From Candidatus Hydrogenedentota bacterium (GTDB taxonomy: Bacteria > Hydrogenedentota > Hydrogenedentia > Hydrogenedentales > SLHB01), in contig JACRLJ010000052.1 in the NCBI GenBank assembly GCA_016215105.1, forward strand, positions 3,847 to 67,846: a DNA stretch of 64,000 nt, given 5' to 3'. This document shows positions 20,414 to 29,412 of the stretch, piece after piece (position 1 is the first letter of the stretch; every line of letters starts with the position of its first letter). The notes beneath the pieces were generated by a model that saw nothing but the letters and a program-made list of their open reading frames with translations, did not search any database and was not told the origin of the DNA. Both the position numbers and the translations under genes were made by a program.

Positions 20414-21307
20414 GTGCGGAAACTTAAGCTGGCATTGCTTATTATCGCGGCCGTGGCCATTATGCTGGTATGCGTTGTGCTGCTCAAGCTCGCGGCTCAG
20501 CGGCAGGATATTAGGTCCCGCGGCCCTTTGACGATCGAAGAGATCAACAGAGTAGCCGCCAAATGGGGACCGGCGCCTCAGGCCAATCCGGCGAAGCTTT
20601 CGCACTCAGATCCGACTCGGATAGATTCTAGCCAGCCGGCCAAGTTGCTTACCGAAATTCCTCCCGCTGTTCTCGACGACGGCGCCGGGAACGCTGCTTC
20701 CGCCTCGACCGGTGACTCGCTAGTAGACCATCCCACGCTGAGAGGAACCTTGACGCAGACCGAGAAGGAACACATGGCTGTCGGGTACCGGCAACTATAC
20801 AAAACGCGTATTGGAACGCGTCTTGGAAGTCTTATCGTACCAAGCATGGAGTTTATGGCAGTTGCGCTTGGGGGCGTGGGGTTAGAGAAAGACCTGGGAC
20901 ACCAGCTCTTTGAGGCCGCTGAAATTGCCTACCACAATACGGCGGACTGGGAGACCGCGAAGCGACTGTATAGACAAGCCCTCGATTGCCGTTCCAATAC
21001 AAGACACACCGCGCAAGTATGCTATATCCGTTTGGCTTGGATGGAAGATGATCCCAAAGTAGCCGATAGGCTGCTCGAGCTTGCTTGCCCGAGCGGTGAT
21101 GAATCGCCCTATGTCCTTACGGAGGCAGCGAGTCTTGCCTATCTAACGGGCAGTCGAGAATTGTTCGACTACTACTTTGACCGCCTCCAACAACTGGATC
21201 CCCAACAAGCCGAGTGTTTTCGCTCGTATCGGAGGGGGCCCGAGGGTCGGCAAACCTTCGAAATCATCAGTATGATGATCGGCACGGAGGGGAGGACGGC
21301 TAATTGA
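20414..21307 (+). CDS. Membrane-anchored hypothetical protein with TPR-like helices
   Basis: RBS AGGAGG, N-terminal TM, helical repeats (DWETAKRLYRQALD). Confidence 0.6.
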   Translation: MRKLKLALLIIAAVAIMLVCVVLLKLAAQRQDIRSRGPLTIEEINRVAAKWGPAPQANPAKLSHSDPTRIDSSQPAKLLTEIPPAVLDDGAGNAASASTGDSLVDHPTLRGTLTQTEKEHMAVGYRQLYKTRIGTRLGSLIVPSMEFMAVALGGVGLEKDLGHQLFEAAEIAYHNTADWETAKRLYRQALDCRSNTRHTAQVCYIRLAWMEDDPKVADRLLELACPSGDESPYVLTEAASLAYLTGSRELFDYYFDRLQQLDPQQAECFRSYRRGPEGRQTFEIISMMIGTEGRTAN

Positions 21308-22397
21308 CAGTCCTGCTGGTGATCAACCCGATTCCCCGCCCGTCCTTCCCGCAAGCGCAGTAGTACAAATAGTAGGTATCGTCTGCGGGGTTGTAGACCA
21401 GCGAAATCTTGTGCGCGTATTGCTTATCGAGGCCGGAAGGATTTCCGCCGGCCTTGTAGAGGGGTTCGGGGTGCGCGGTCCAGTGGAGCAGGTCACGGGA
21501 GAAGGCGATCATGATGTGAGCGCCGCCGTGGCCGACGCCGAAGTAGAACATGGTCCAATGATCGCCGTCGCGGAAGACCTTGGGGTCGGACGCGAACTGC
21601 TCATCGTAGCCGCCTTTGCGCACGGGCACGACAGGATTGGCCGTGTGGCGGGTCCAGTCCACGAGATTGGAGGAGCGCGCTAATCCTGTCTGTTCGGTTC
21701 CGCCCTGCGCTGCGTTGTAAAAGCTGTAATACCCGCCGTCGTGCTCGACGAGCCAGGGCTGATAGATGCAACTGCTTTCCCAGGCGCCGCAATCGGCATC
21801 GTGGATTGAGAGAATGGGTGAGTTCTTGGCGCGTTTCCAGGCGAGGCCGTCTTCGCTGACCGCGACGCCTTCGTAGCCGGGACGGAGCTCATAGCCGCCT
21901 TGACGGGGGTAACACCCGTACAGCGTCCAGTACTTGCCATTGTGCTTCTTGAGCGTTCGGGGCGCCTTGACGTCGTAGGACTCGTAGAGGTAGGCGCCGA
22001 CGACGCAGCCGCCGTTGTCGAATTCGCCTTTGGGTCCGAAGCCCATGGCGAGGCGCGGGTTCCTCCAATGAATCAGGTCATCGCTCTCGGCTACGAAGCT
22101 GTTGTAGCCGTGCCCATCGAACGCGATGAAGCTCATATACCAGAGATTGGGTCTTCCAGGAAGCTGGTAAACCGTCGGGCAATCGGTGTTGTGGAACGAT
22201 TCATAGCCGGGTATTTTCGGTTCGCTCGCGATGACGTGTTCGGGCCAGTACGACCAGCCGCGATACGGGGCCGACCACCGGTCAAGCGCGGCGCTGTCGA
22301 TTTGCATGTCCGTACCAATAGCCATGATTTTCTCCTGCGCGACTGCTGGGCCTAGGACGCACATAAATAGTACAAACATGCGCCAGATCTTCGTCAT
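21300..22397 (-). CDS. Secreted five-bladed beta-propeller glycosidase (GH43/32/130-like)
   Basis: AESDDLIHW, VSEDGLAW, SSNLVDW, SRDLLHW repeats; ASDPKVF; ATGA overlap with the upstream gene. Confidence 0.75.
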   Translation of the reverse strand: MTKIWRMFVLFMCVLGPAVAQEKIMAIGTDMQIDSAALDRWSAPYRGWSYWPEHVIASEPKIPGYESFHNTDCPTVYQLPGRPNLWYMSFIAFDGHGYNSFVAESDDLIHWRNPRLAMGFGPKGEFDNGGCVVGAYLYESYDVKAPRTLKKHNGKYWTLYGCYPRQGGYELRPGYEGVAVSEDGLAWKRAKNSPILSIHDADCGAWESSCIYQPWLVEHDGGYYSFYNAAQGGTEQTGLARSSNLVDWTRHTANPVVPVRKGGYDEQFASDPKVFRDGDHWTMFYFGVGHGGAHIMIAFSRDLLHWTAHPEPLYKAGGNPSGLDKQYAHKISLVYNPADDTYYLYYCACGKDGRGIGLITSRTVN

Positions 22398-23875
22398 GGA
22401 GCGGTCCAGAGGGCGTAAAGCAGGGCATTCTGCAATGTGATGTGGAGCTTTACAGCCGCGTCGGGTTTCGGCGCGGAGCCTGACTCCCATTCCACGCGGG
22501 CATCGAGCGAATCCACCGTAACCGGTTTGGACGCGGCGATGGTCGCGCCGGAGGGATCGACGACGCGCACAATGATGCGTCCGAAATCGGACTTGACGTT
22601 GAGATGCAGGACAGGGTTTTCCAGGCGCACTGGCTTGGTGATGATCTGTCCGCCGTCGAACGAGGCCTCGAGCGACACAAAGCGGTCCCGCTTGACCGAC
22701 GCAAAGCCGATAGCGCCGCCCATATCGCCCTTGTCCGGGCCGTTGTATGGGCCGTGGCGGTAAGTTCGGCCGCCGTAATAGAAGCGGAGTTCATCACCGA
22801 CTTCAACAGGCGGATTCGTGGCTAACGAGCTGTTGAAGCGGTCCCAGCTTCCGACGGGGCCGCACGGGATAAACGGAGTACGATCTCCGACGCGCTCGAA
22901 GTGAACGGAGTCGCGGCTATAGGTCAGTTGCTGGTCAAGGTGAGTGTCATCGGGCCGGTTGTAGAATAGCTCCGCGAGTCCGAGATAGCCGGCGCCGCAA
23001 GGCCATACATACATACCGTAAATCTCTGTGGAGGGAGGATCGAACGTGTCGGCGCCCAGAACAACGGGCGCGGAACCGGGGTCTTTGCAGTCCCAATGAA
23101 GAAAGTCACTCGATTCGGCTCGGGCGGAGACCCTTCCCCAGTAGTGTTTCGTAAACCACTCATCTTCCTTCCAGTGTTCTTTCAGGTCGGGTGCGATATA
23201 TTTCTTGCGCCCGTACATTACGTACTTCTGGCGAGCGGGATCGAACATCCAATGGGTAGCGCCATCGCAGGTGGCCTCGGTGGCCCAGGAATCGAGCACG
23301 GTCCAATGAATGCCGTCGGGACTTCCGGCGACGCCCAATCCCCGGCGTTCGCCCTTGTGATAGGGGTCCTCACGGGGACCGTTGTAATTTCGCTGGACGC
23401 TGAGGTACCCCATTTTGTAGCGCCGGGCCGGGTCCGATTCACGGGTATCGTTGAAGACGCCGAAAATCTCGTAGAAATACGGGATGTAGCCGGGCTCGCC
23501 TTCCGCGGCGTTGCGGTCCACCACTAGATTGGTCTTGCGTCCGTCTTTTTCAATGACATCCAACGAGGGCTTGCGCCACGCAATGCCATCGTCGCTTTCG
23601 GCGTAGGCCACGCTCCCGTCGCAGTAGTACCAAATCCGGTAATGACCCTGGTCCCGCAAGACCGATCCGTAGACGATTGCGACTTTGCCTTCCCACGGCT
23701 CGGTTGCGCGCAAGACAGGATTACCAGGGTATTTTTCGGCAGGGTGAATCCGCCGCGTAATATTGCCTTTCGAAGCAATGAGAGAATCGTCGAGGAACAG
23801 TTGCTTTTCAATGCCGACCGGAATTGCGCTGTCTGGTGGCGCCGCCAAGGTCAAGAGCGTCAGAAGTACTAGCAC
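22394..23875 (-). CDS. Secreted beta-propeller glycoside-hydrolase-like protein
   Basis: KQLFLDD, YAESDDGIAW, SPDGIHW, YSRDSVHF, RDRFVSLEA; RBS AAGGAG before GTG. Confidence 0.7.
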   Translation of the reverse strand: MLVLLTLLTLAAPPDSAIPVGIEKQLFLDDSLIASKGNITRRIHPAEKYPGNPVLRATEPWEGKVAIVYGSVLRDQGHYRIWYYCDGSVAYAESDDGIAWRKPSLDVIEKDGRKTNLVVDRNAAEGEPGYIPYFYEIFGVFNDTRESDPARRYKMGYLSVQRNYNGPREDPYHKGERRGLGVAGSPDGIHWTVLDSWATEATCDGATHWMFDPARQKYVMYGRKKYIAPDLKEHWKEDEWFTKHYWGRVSARAESSDFLHWDCKDPGSAPVVLGADTFDPPSTEIYGMYVWPCGAGYLGLAELFYNRPDDTHLDQQLTYSRDSVHFERVGDRTPFIPCGPVGSWDRFNSSLATNPPVEVGDELRFYYGGRTYRHGPYNGPDKGDMGGAIGFASVKRDRFVSLEASFDGGQIITKPVRLENPVLHLNVKSDFGRIIVRVVDPSGATIAASKPVTVDSLDARVEWESGSAPKPDAAVKLHITLQNALLYALWTAP

Positions 23876-24160
23876 GGCATGCTCCTTTTGGCGGCGTCGA
23901 AGCCGCCATTCCTGCGCGAAATATTGAATGCGCCGGCGAATGACTCGTCCAATTCTCTTAGCGGTTGCGGCCGTCCCGCCGCGCGGCTGTCCGCAGCATA
24001 CCGAATTTGGACGGAAAGACAAAAGTTTGAGGCAGCCACCTCCGTGCAGCACGTGGCGCAGGAGGAGTCCCAAACGCGTGAAGGCGGATTTATTGACTGC
24101 AAATCTGTTTGTATCATCCCACAGCTACTGGACTTACGGTTTTTCCAGTTTTCTCATTTC

Positions 24161-24189
24161 TTGACAAATCGGCATTCTGACGGTATGAT
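24161..24189 (+). promoter_or_regulatory. Sigma-70 promoter upstream of the secreted-protein operon
   Basis: TTGACA-17nt-TATGAT. Confidence 0.6.
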
Positions 24190-24580
24190 CTCTCTAATTG
24201 GTCTGACGCAAAGGGCGCCACACGGTATCAATGGGAAGACTTAGGTTGGATGACACAAGGATCGAAGAGTGATGACGGGAATGCACGTCAGTTTCGGCGG
24301 CAAATTGTCGGCGCGCCCCGGAGACACGATTTGATGTCTGTCCGATTTGAGATCGTTGGATTAGATTGATTCGTGGCCGAAACGCGCGGACGTTCTTCCC
24401 CGCCGGGTGCAACCACCGGCAAGATTGAATCCATCTAGATTCAGGCTCATTTCCACTATTTATTGATTCCCCGTTATAATAGGCGCCATGCGGCGCCGTT
24501 TTACGTAAGAGGCACTAATTCCACGCGCGATGCGTGACCAGTTTTTAACCTATGCCGATTGGCAAGAAAGTGAGGCGTTC

Positions 24581-24850
24581 ATGGCCAAAGCTGTTGGGAT
24601 CGTTTCGGTGCTTGTCGTGTTACTTGCGGGGTGCGCCACGCGCCACCCTGCGCCTGAGCCGGTTCCCGAACCTGTTGTGGTAGCGCCTGTAGCGCCAGCG
24701 CCTGAGCCGGCGCCGGTCGCCGCGCCGACGCCTCCCCCGGCACCAGCGGCGGAGCCAGCGCCACCGCCACCACCGGCGCCAAAGCGCGCCGCCCCCAAAG
24801 TGCGAAAGAGTTCGGGTGGCGCCGCAGCGCTCAAGGAAAGCCAATGGTGA
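24581..24850 (+). CDS. Small Pro/Ala-rich lipoprotein
   Basis: Lipobox LAGC; PAPEP repeats. Confidence 0.75.
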   Translation: MAKAVGIVSVLVVLLAGCATRHPAPEPVPEPVVVAPVAPAPEPAPVAAPTPPPAPAAEPAPPPPPAPKRAAPKVRKSSGGAAALKESQW

Positions 24851-24854
24851 CGCT

Positions 24855-25370
24855 ATGATTACGAAATCGATACACCATAGAGTTGCACTGCTTGTCGCGC
24901 TGGCGAGTTTGCTAGCTGCGCCAGTCTGGGCCGGAAACAAGATCTTGATGGAAAAAGAGGGTAAAGAACTCGTTTCCATTAATGAACAGGTGATCAAAGA
25001 ATTGCCGAACGTGCAGAACAACAGCCAAGTGAAACTCGAGGCGAACGTCGTTCAGCGGGACGGGAAGACTGAGATCCATATCCAAAGCTTGTCGTTCACG
25101 CCGGAAGCAGGCGTAGGTAAGGTCGAGAACAAGGCCGCGTCCACCGCGCCCGCCGCCAGGACAGCCGAGCCGGCCGCCAAGAACGAGAAGATTACGACTG
25201 GAGGCGCGGCCGCACTTTCAAGTGACGATATGAAGAAGAAGATTGACGAATTGAAAGCGGCGCACCCGAAGGTCCGTTTCGTCGAAGTGGACAAAGCGGC
25301 CGTCCAAACGCCGGCGGCGAAATCCAATGAGAAGCCCGGCCGCGCGTTCATCGCGGAGTGGGACGATTGA
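24855..25370 (+). CDS. Secreted hypothetical protein
   Basis: Signal peptide ..APVWA; operon spacing. Confidence 0.7.
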   Translation: MITKSIHHRVALLVALASLLAAPVWAGNKILMEKEGKELVSINEQVIKELPNVQNNSQVKLEANVVQRDGKTEIHIQSLSFTPEAGVGKVENKAASTAPAARTAEPAAKNEKITTGGAAALSSDDMKKKIDELKAAHPKVRFVEVDKAAVQTPAAKSNEKPGRAFIAEWDD

Positions 25371-25444
25371 GCGGACGTGAATCGGTTTCGGCAGGTTTTG
25401 GTAATCAACGAAATCCATCAGACAGACTTGGGAGAAACGAACCA

Positions 25445-26269
25445 ATGAAGAGCGTGAAGAAGAATGGAATACTGACGATAGCGCTGGCTCTGGCCCTGCT
25501 ATCGCTTCCGGCCCTTGCCCAGAACAAGAAACTGATGACCGTCAACGCCGCGAAGACGCTGGCGGAACGGGCGATCGTGGAGAGCATCGTAGGACTGAAG
25601 GTGAAGAGCGCGACCCGAGTCGAGGACATGATCGCGCAATCCCATCGCGTAGATGCGAAAACGTCGGCGGCGGTGGCGGGCCTTGAAGGCATCGAGTTTA
25701 CGGATATCATTTACGATCCCGAGAAGGATGTCGCTCGGGTAACGGCGAGTATTCACGTTGGACGAGTCAAGAATGTGCTGGACCAGAATATCGACTACGG
25801 TGACATAACCGTGGAACGCGTTGCCTTCGCGACCTCGACGGAAAGCCAGGCCGGACCGCTCAAGGCGATGCGCGCGGCTGAGATTGACGCCTACGAGAAG
25901 CTGGCCAAGAAGCTGGTCGGGTTCAAGATTGACAGCAAGACATCGGTCGAGGACTTTGTGCTGAAGTCTGACGTGGTGAAGTCGAAGCTGTTGGCGGCGA
26001 TTTACGGAGCCAAACTCGAAAGCTACAGTTGGGACAAAGAGGGGAACGCGCACGTCCGGCTTTCGTTGAAAGCGGACTATGTGCGGGATGTCATTGGACA
26101 GAAGTTCCTTAGTGACCAACCCGAAGTCGAGGCGGAAGGCATCGGCTCTCAGGTAGATGATTTCTCGGGCACGACCCGTGGCGCCGATGGGGTCAAGGAG
26201 GGCAAGATTGCAGTTCCCACGCCTTCCTCGACAGAGTCCACTGGTGGCGCGGCGGCCAAGGCCCCCTAA
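25445..26269 (+). CDS. Secreted protein with tandem LPP20/FlgP-like domains
   Basis: KLMTVNAAKTLAERAIVESIVGLKVKSATRVEDM and LKAMRAAEIDAYEKLAKKLVGFKIDSKTSVEDFVL repeats. Confidence 0.65.
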   Translation: MKSVKKNGILTIALALALLSLPALAQNKKLMTVNAAKTLAERAIVESIVGLKVKSATRVEDMIAQSHRVDAKTSAAVAGLEGIEFTDIIYDPEKDVARVTASIHVGRVKNVLDQNIDYGDITVERVAFATSTESQAGPLKAMRAAEIDAYEKLAKKLVGFKIDSKTSVEDFVLKSDVVKSKLLAAIYGAKLESYSWDKEGNAHVRLSLKADYVRDVIGQKFLSDQPEVEAEGIGSQVDDFSGTTRGADGVKEGKIAVPTPSSTESTGGAAAKAP

Positions 26270-26291
26270 CGTGAAACGTGAGGAGAATACC

Positions 26292-26975
26292 GTGAGTAGG
26301 ATGTCGAATAGATTGCTATGGTGCGCACTGGCGATTGCCCCGTTGTGTCTGGGCGTTCGCGCTTGGGCAGTGGACGAAGGTTTCACGTTCAGTGGCGCGG
26401 ACCAGAAACGGGCGCAGGAAGACGCGGACAAGAAGGCTAAGGAAGCCGACGAGATACAAGCGTTACTTAGCACACCCGGTGGCGCCGGACTCAAGAATAA
26501 GAAGACCGCCATGGTGATCGCCGAACGGCATGAGGGCCGCACGGTCAGTCAGGCGGCCAAATACGGGCCGATGTATTCGGAGATTAACCAGCGCCTGCGC
26601 CGCTTGGGTCTCAAGACCTACAGTCAGGAAGAGATTACCGCCCAGATTGCACAAGCGCAACGCGAGGCGTTCTTCTCGAACGACCCGGACTCGGCGATTA
26701 GCGCCGCATCGCGGCTCGGAGCGAGCTTCTTTATCAAGGGGCTGATCGAGTCCCGTGCGCAAGTAAACCCGGTCGCCAAGGTAAACGAGGTACACGTAAC
26801 CATCGCATTTACATTGGTGGACTCCTCTGGGCGCGTTCTTGCCAGCGTGAACGCCGAGAACGAGGCGTGGTCGGGTTCGGATACATTGTCCACTGCGCTC
26901 GATCTCGTCCGAGAGAAGGCTGACTGGGTAGTCGCCAAGTTGTATGGTGATTATTGTAGAAACGCAAAACGCTAG
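26292..26975 (+). CDS. Secreted hypothetical protein, CsgG/TolB-N-like alpha/beta fold suspected
   Basis: Signal peptide; AISAASRLGASFFIKG..VTIAFTLVDSSGRVLAS pattern. Confidence 0.55.
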   Translation: MSRMSNRLLWCALAIAPLCLGVRAWAVDEGFTFSGADQKRAQEDADKKAKEADEIQALLSTPGGAGLKNKKTAMVIAERHEGRTVSQAAKYGPMYSEINQRLRRLGLKTYSQEEITAQIAQAQREAFFSNDPDSAISAASRLGASFFIKGLIESRAQVNPVAKVNEVHVTIAFTLVDSSGRVLASVNAENEAWSGSDTLSTALDLVREKADWVVAKLYGDYCRNAKR

Positions 26976-27040
26976 TTCGCAGCGCGGCGCCCATAGACCG
27001 CTCAATCGGCAATGGGACGCGCGGCAGGAAAGGGAAAGCA

Positions 27041-28463
27041 GTGAAACGACAATTTACGAAGGGCACGAATCTGGTTAGCCTGTTTGTGTTCCTCGTGGCA
27101 ATCATCACAATCATGCGGCCAGTACACGCCGCAGAAAAGGCCCCGGCAGAAAAGGCCGTCGCGGAAAACGTATAAACGCGACAAAGGCCTCTTGCTCGAC
27201 GCGCTGCGCGAGGACGCGCGGAGACAGGTGGTCGAGAAAGCGGTCGGCACGTTTGTTGACAGTTCGACGCTCGTGGAGAATTACGTTCTGGTGCGGGACC
27301 GTGTTCTCACCAAATCCAAAGGCTTGATAAAACAGGTCATTAAGGAAAGCGATCCTTGGGAGGGCAAGGACGGTTTCATGCACATACTCCTGAAGGCCGA
27401 AGTGTACATTACGAAGATCGGCGACGCGCTGAAGGAAATGTCGAAGACCGAGCGTGTCAGCCTGATCCGCGAGTATGGCAATCCTAAGATTTCGGTGGCA
27501 ATCGTTGCGCGGGACGCTGATCGCGCATCGACGACAGCCAAAGAACGTTCCCCGATTGCGGAGAATGTGCTCATCGAGCAGTTGACCAAGTTTGGGTACC
27601 GCGTCTGGTCTGAGGACGAGAATGCTACCCTCAAGGCGGAGGTGTCCGCGAAGGAGAAGCCGGGTAACGCCGTCGAGACCAATATATCGGTATCGCAGCC
27701 GAAAGCGGCCGACTTCTCGATCGTCGGCGAGGCGAAGTTTAAGAAGCTCTCGGCCAAGCTGCCGCCATCGAATATCGAAATAACGAAGTATGTGCTGACC
27801 TCCCTGTCAGTTAAGTGTGTGAATAACCACACCGGCGAGATCATCCTGTCGAAGAATGAAGTGCCCAAGAACAAGAGTTGGGCAGATGAAGATGTGGCCG
27901 TCGAAGAGATAGGCAAGATCGTCGGTCAGGACTTCACGAAGGAATTCTTCGAAGAGCACCTGATGGAGCCGTCGAAAATATACCAGCTCAAGGTGGCGGG
28001 CTTGCCCGATTACGACACGGGAACCCAGTTCAAGAAGGAGATGATCGGGCTGCGTCCGGTGCTCAATGTGGACTTCCGCGATTTCAGCGCGGATGGAGTC
28101 TCGAACTACGAAGTGACTTTCGCCGGTGCGCGCGGCAATTTCACGGACTTGGTCAATGACACGGTCATCAAACCGCTGAATGCGAAGTTTGGCGGTAGCT
28201 ACTTCAAACTGTCCTCCGCCCAGGGCGAAGTGGTCAGCGTTCAATTTGCGTGTGACAAGAATCCGAAGGAAGTGTTGAGCCGGTTTGACACGGCCGCGCC
28301 CGCCGCGCTCGCGCAGGCATCGCCGGAACGGCTGAAGGAATTAGTAAAGGACGAGGCCACCATGAAGAAGGTTGCGGAGGTGAATCCGGATGCGGTAAAG
28401 AAACTCGCGGACACCGGGAACGCCGCAGCTGGTACCACGCTAAAGTCAGTCAAGGATTTTTAG
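27041..28463 (+). pseudogene. FlgT-N-like secreted protein; signal-peptide segment out of frame with the body
   Basis: 27041-27175 encodes MKRQFTKGTNLVSLFVFLVAIITIMRPVHA..AENV*; the body (DALREDARRQVVEKAVGTFVDSSTLVEN) continues in another frame. Confidence 0.6.
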
Positions 28464-28500
28464 AACCCTGGGAAACAATCGAGAACGGGAGAGCAAGAGA

Positions 28501-29286
28501 ATGAAAATGTTGTCTATGCGATTACTGGTTGTGATTATGCTGGTTCTACTGGCCATCCCTTCGGCGCTGGCTGCGGGCAAGCAGACCGCTGCGTCGAAGA
28601 AGGCGAATGCCGCGGCCGACGAAGCGATGTATCGGCCGGTCGAATATCCGAACAAAGACAAGAAGGGCCCGGTGGTCGTGGTGATTCCGGGCGAGATCAA
28701 GAGCTCAAATGCGACGTTTACCCAAAAAGTTACCGTCAACAACATCGCGGATTTTGGTGAGTTGGAGCTGGGTAATGATAACTATACCGTGCTGGAACGC
28801 AGCGATCTTGGCTCGATGATGCAAGAGCTTCAGCTTGCGGCCAATATGGGTGACAAAGACGGGCTGAAGAAGTTCCGCAAGGGGAAGTTCGCGACGACCA
28901 AGTGGCTCATCAGGTTTGACGTGCTCAAAGCCGAGCCGGTTGCGGCCGCTAAGCAGGGCTTTGACGGTGGAGCCATCGGTTCGATCATCAGCGGATTGGG
29001 CACGGGCAAGACCTGGCGCGGCTCGCACGCCGCCGGTACGGCCGTCGGGTCAATTGAGACCGGTGAATCGGCCGGCATCTGGATCGTTGGCATGCGCTAT
29101 AAAGTAATCGACGCCGAAACGTCCGAGCAAGTCGCGTCAGCGTACAAGGAAGGCAAGATGGAAATGGGCACAAAGCACGGTTCGATGCTGGGCTTTTCAA
29201 GCTCAAGCGAAGCCGGCGTGACGCTGGATACACTGGTCCAGCGCCTGGTGCAAGATTGCGTTCTGGATTTGGACGGCAAGAAGTAA
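28501..29286 (+). CDS. CsgG/HfaB-like secreted protein
   Basis: YTVLERSDLGSMMQELQL..VGMRYKVIDAETSEQV; signal peptide. Confidence 0.65.
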   Translation: MKMLSMRLLVVIMLVLLAIPSALAAGKQTAASKKANAAADEAMYRPVEYPNKDKKGPVVVVIPGEIKSSNATFTQKVTVNNIADFGELELGNDNYTVLERSDLGSMMQELQLAANMGDKDGLKKFRKGKFATTKWLIRFDVLKAEPVAAAKQGFDGGAIGSIISGLGTGKTWRGSHAAGTAVGSIETGESAGIWIVGMRYKVIDAETSEQVASAYKEGKMEMGTKHGSMLGFSSSSEAGVTLDTLVQRLVQDCVLDLDGKK

Positions 29287-29360
29287 GCCTATAGGCTCGA
29301 AGAAAGACCTGCGCCCCGGGCGGTGTGTCGGTTGACACATTGTCCGGGGCTTCTGCTTTT

Positions 29361-29411
29361 GGGCCCCATGGGACCTATGAGACAGACCCCAGACCCCAGA
29401 CCCCAAACCCC
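29361..29411. repeat. Heptamer (AGACCCC x4) and 9-mer micro-repeats between convergent genes
   Basis: agacccc agacccc agacccc aaacccc at 29384-29411. Confidence 0.6.
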
Positions 29412-29412
29412 C

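Noticed and set aside
25499-26542. 347-aa minus-strand ORF and similar antisense ORFs across the window
   Set aside because: Shadow ORFs opposite well-supported genes, with no motifs
24581-29286. Curli or flagellar operon
   Set aside because: No curlin repeats, CsgE/F or core flagellar genes in the window
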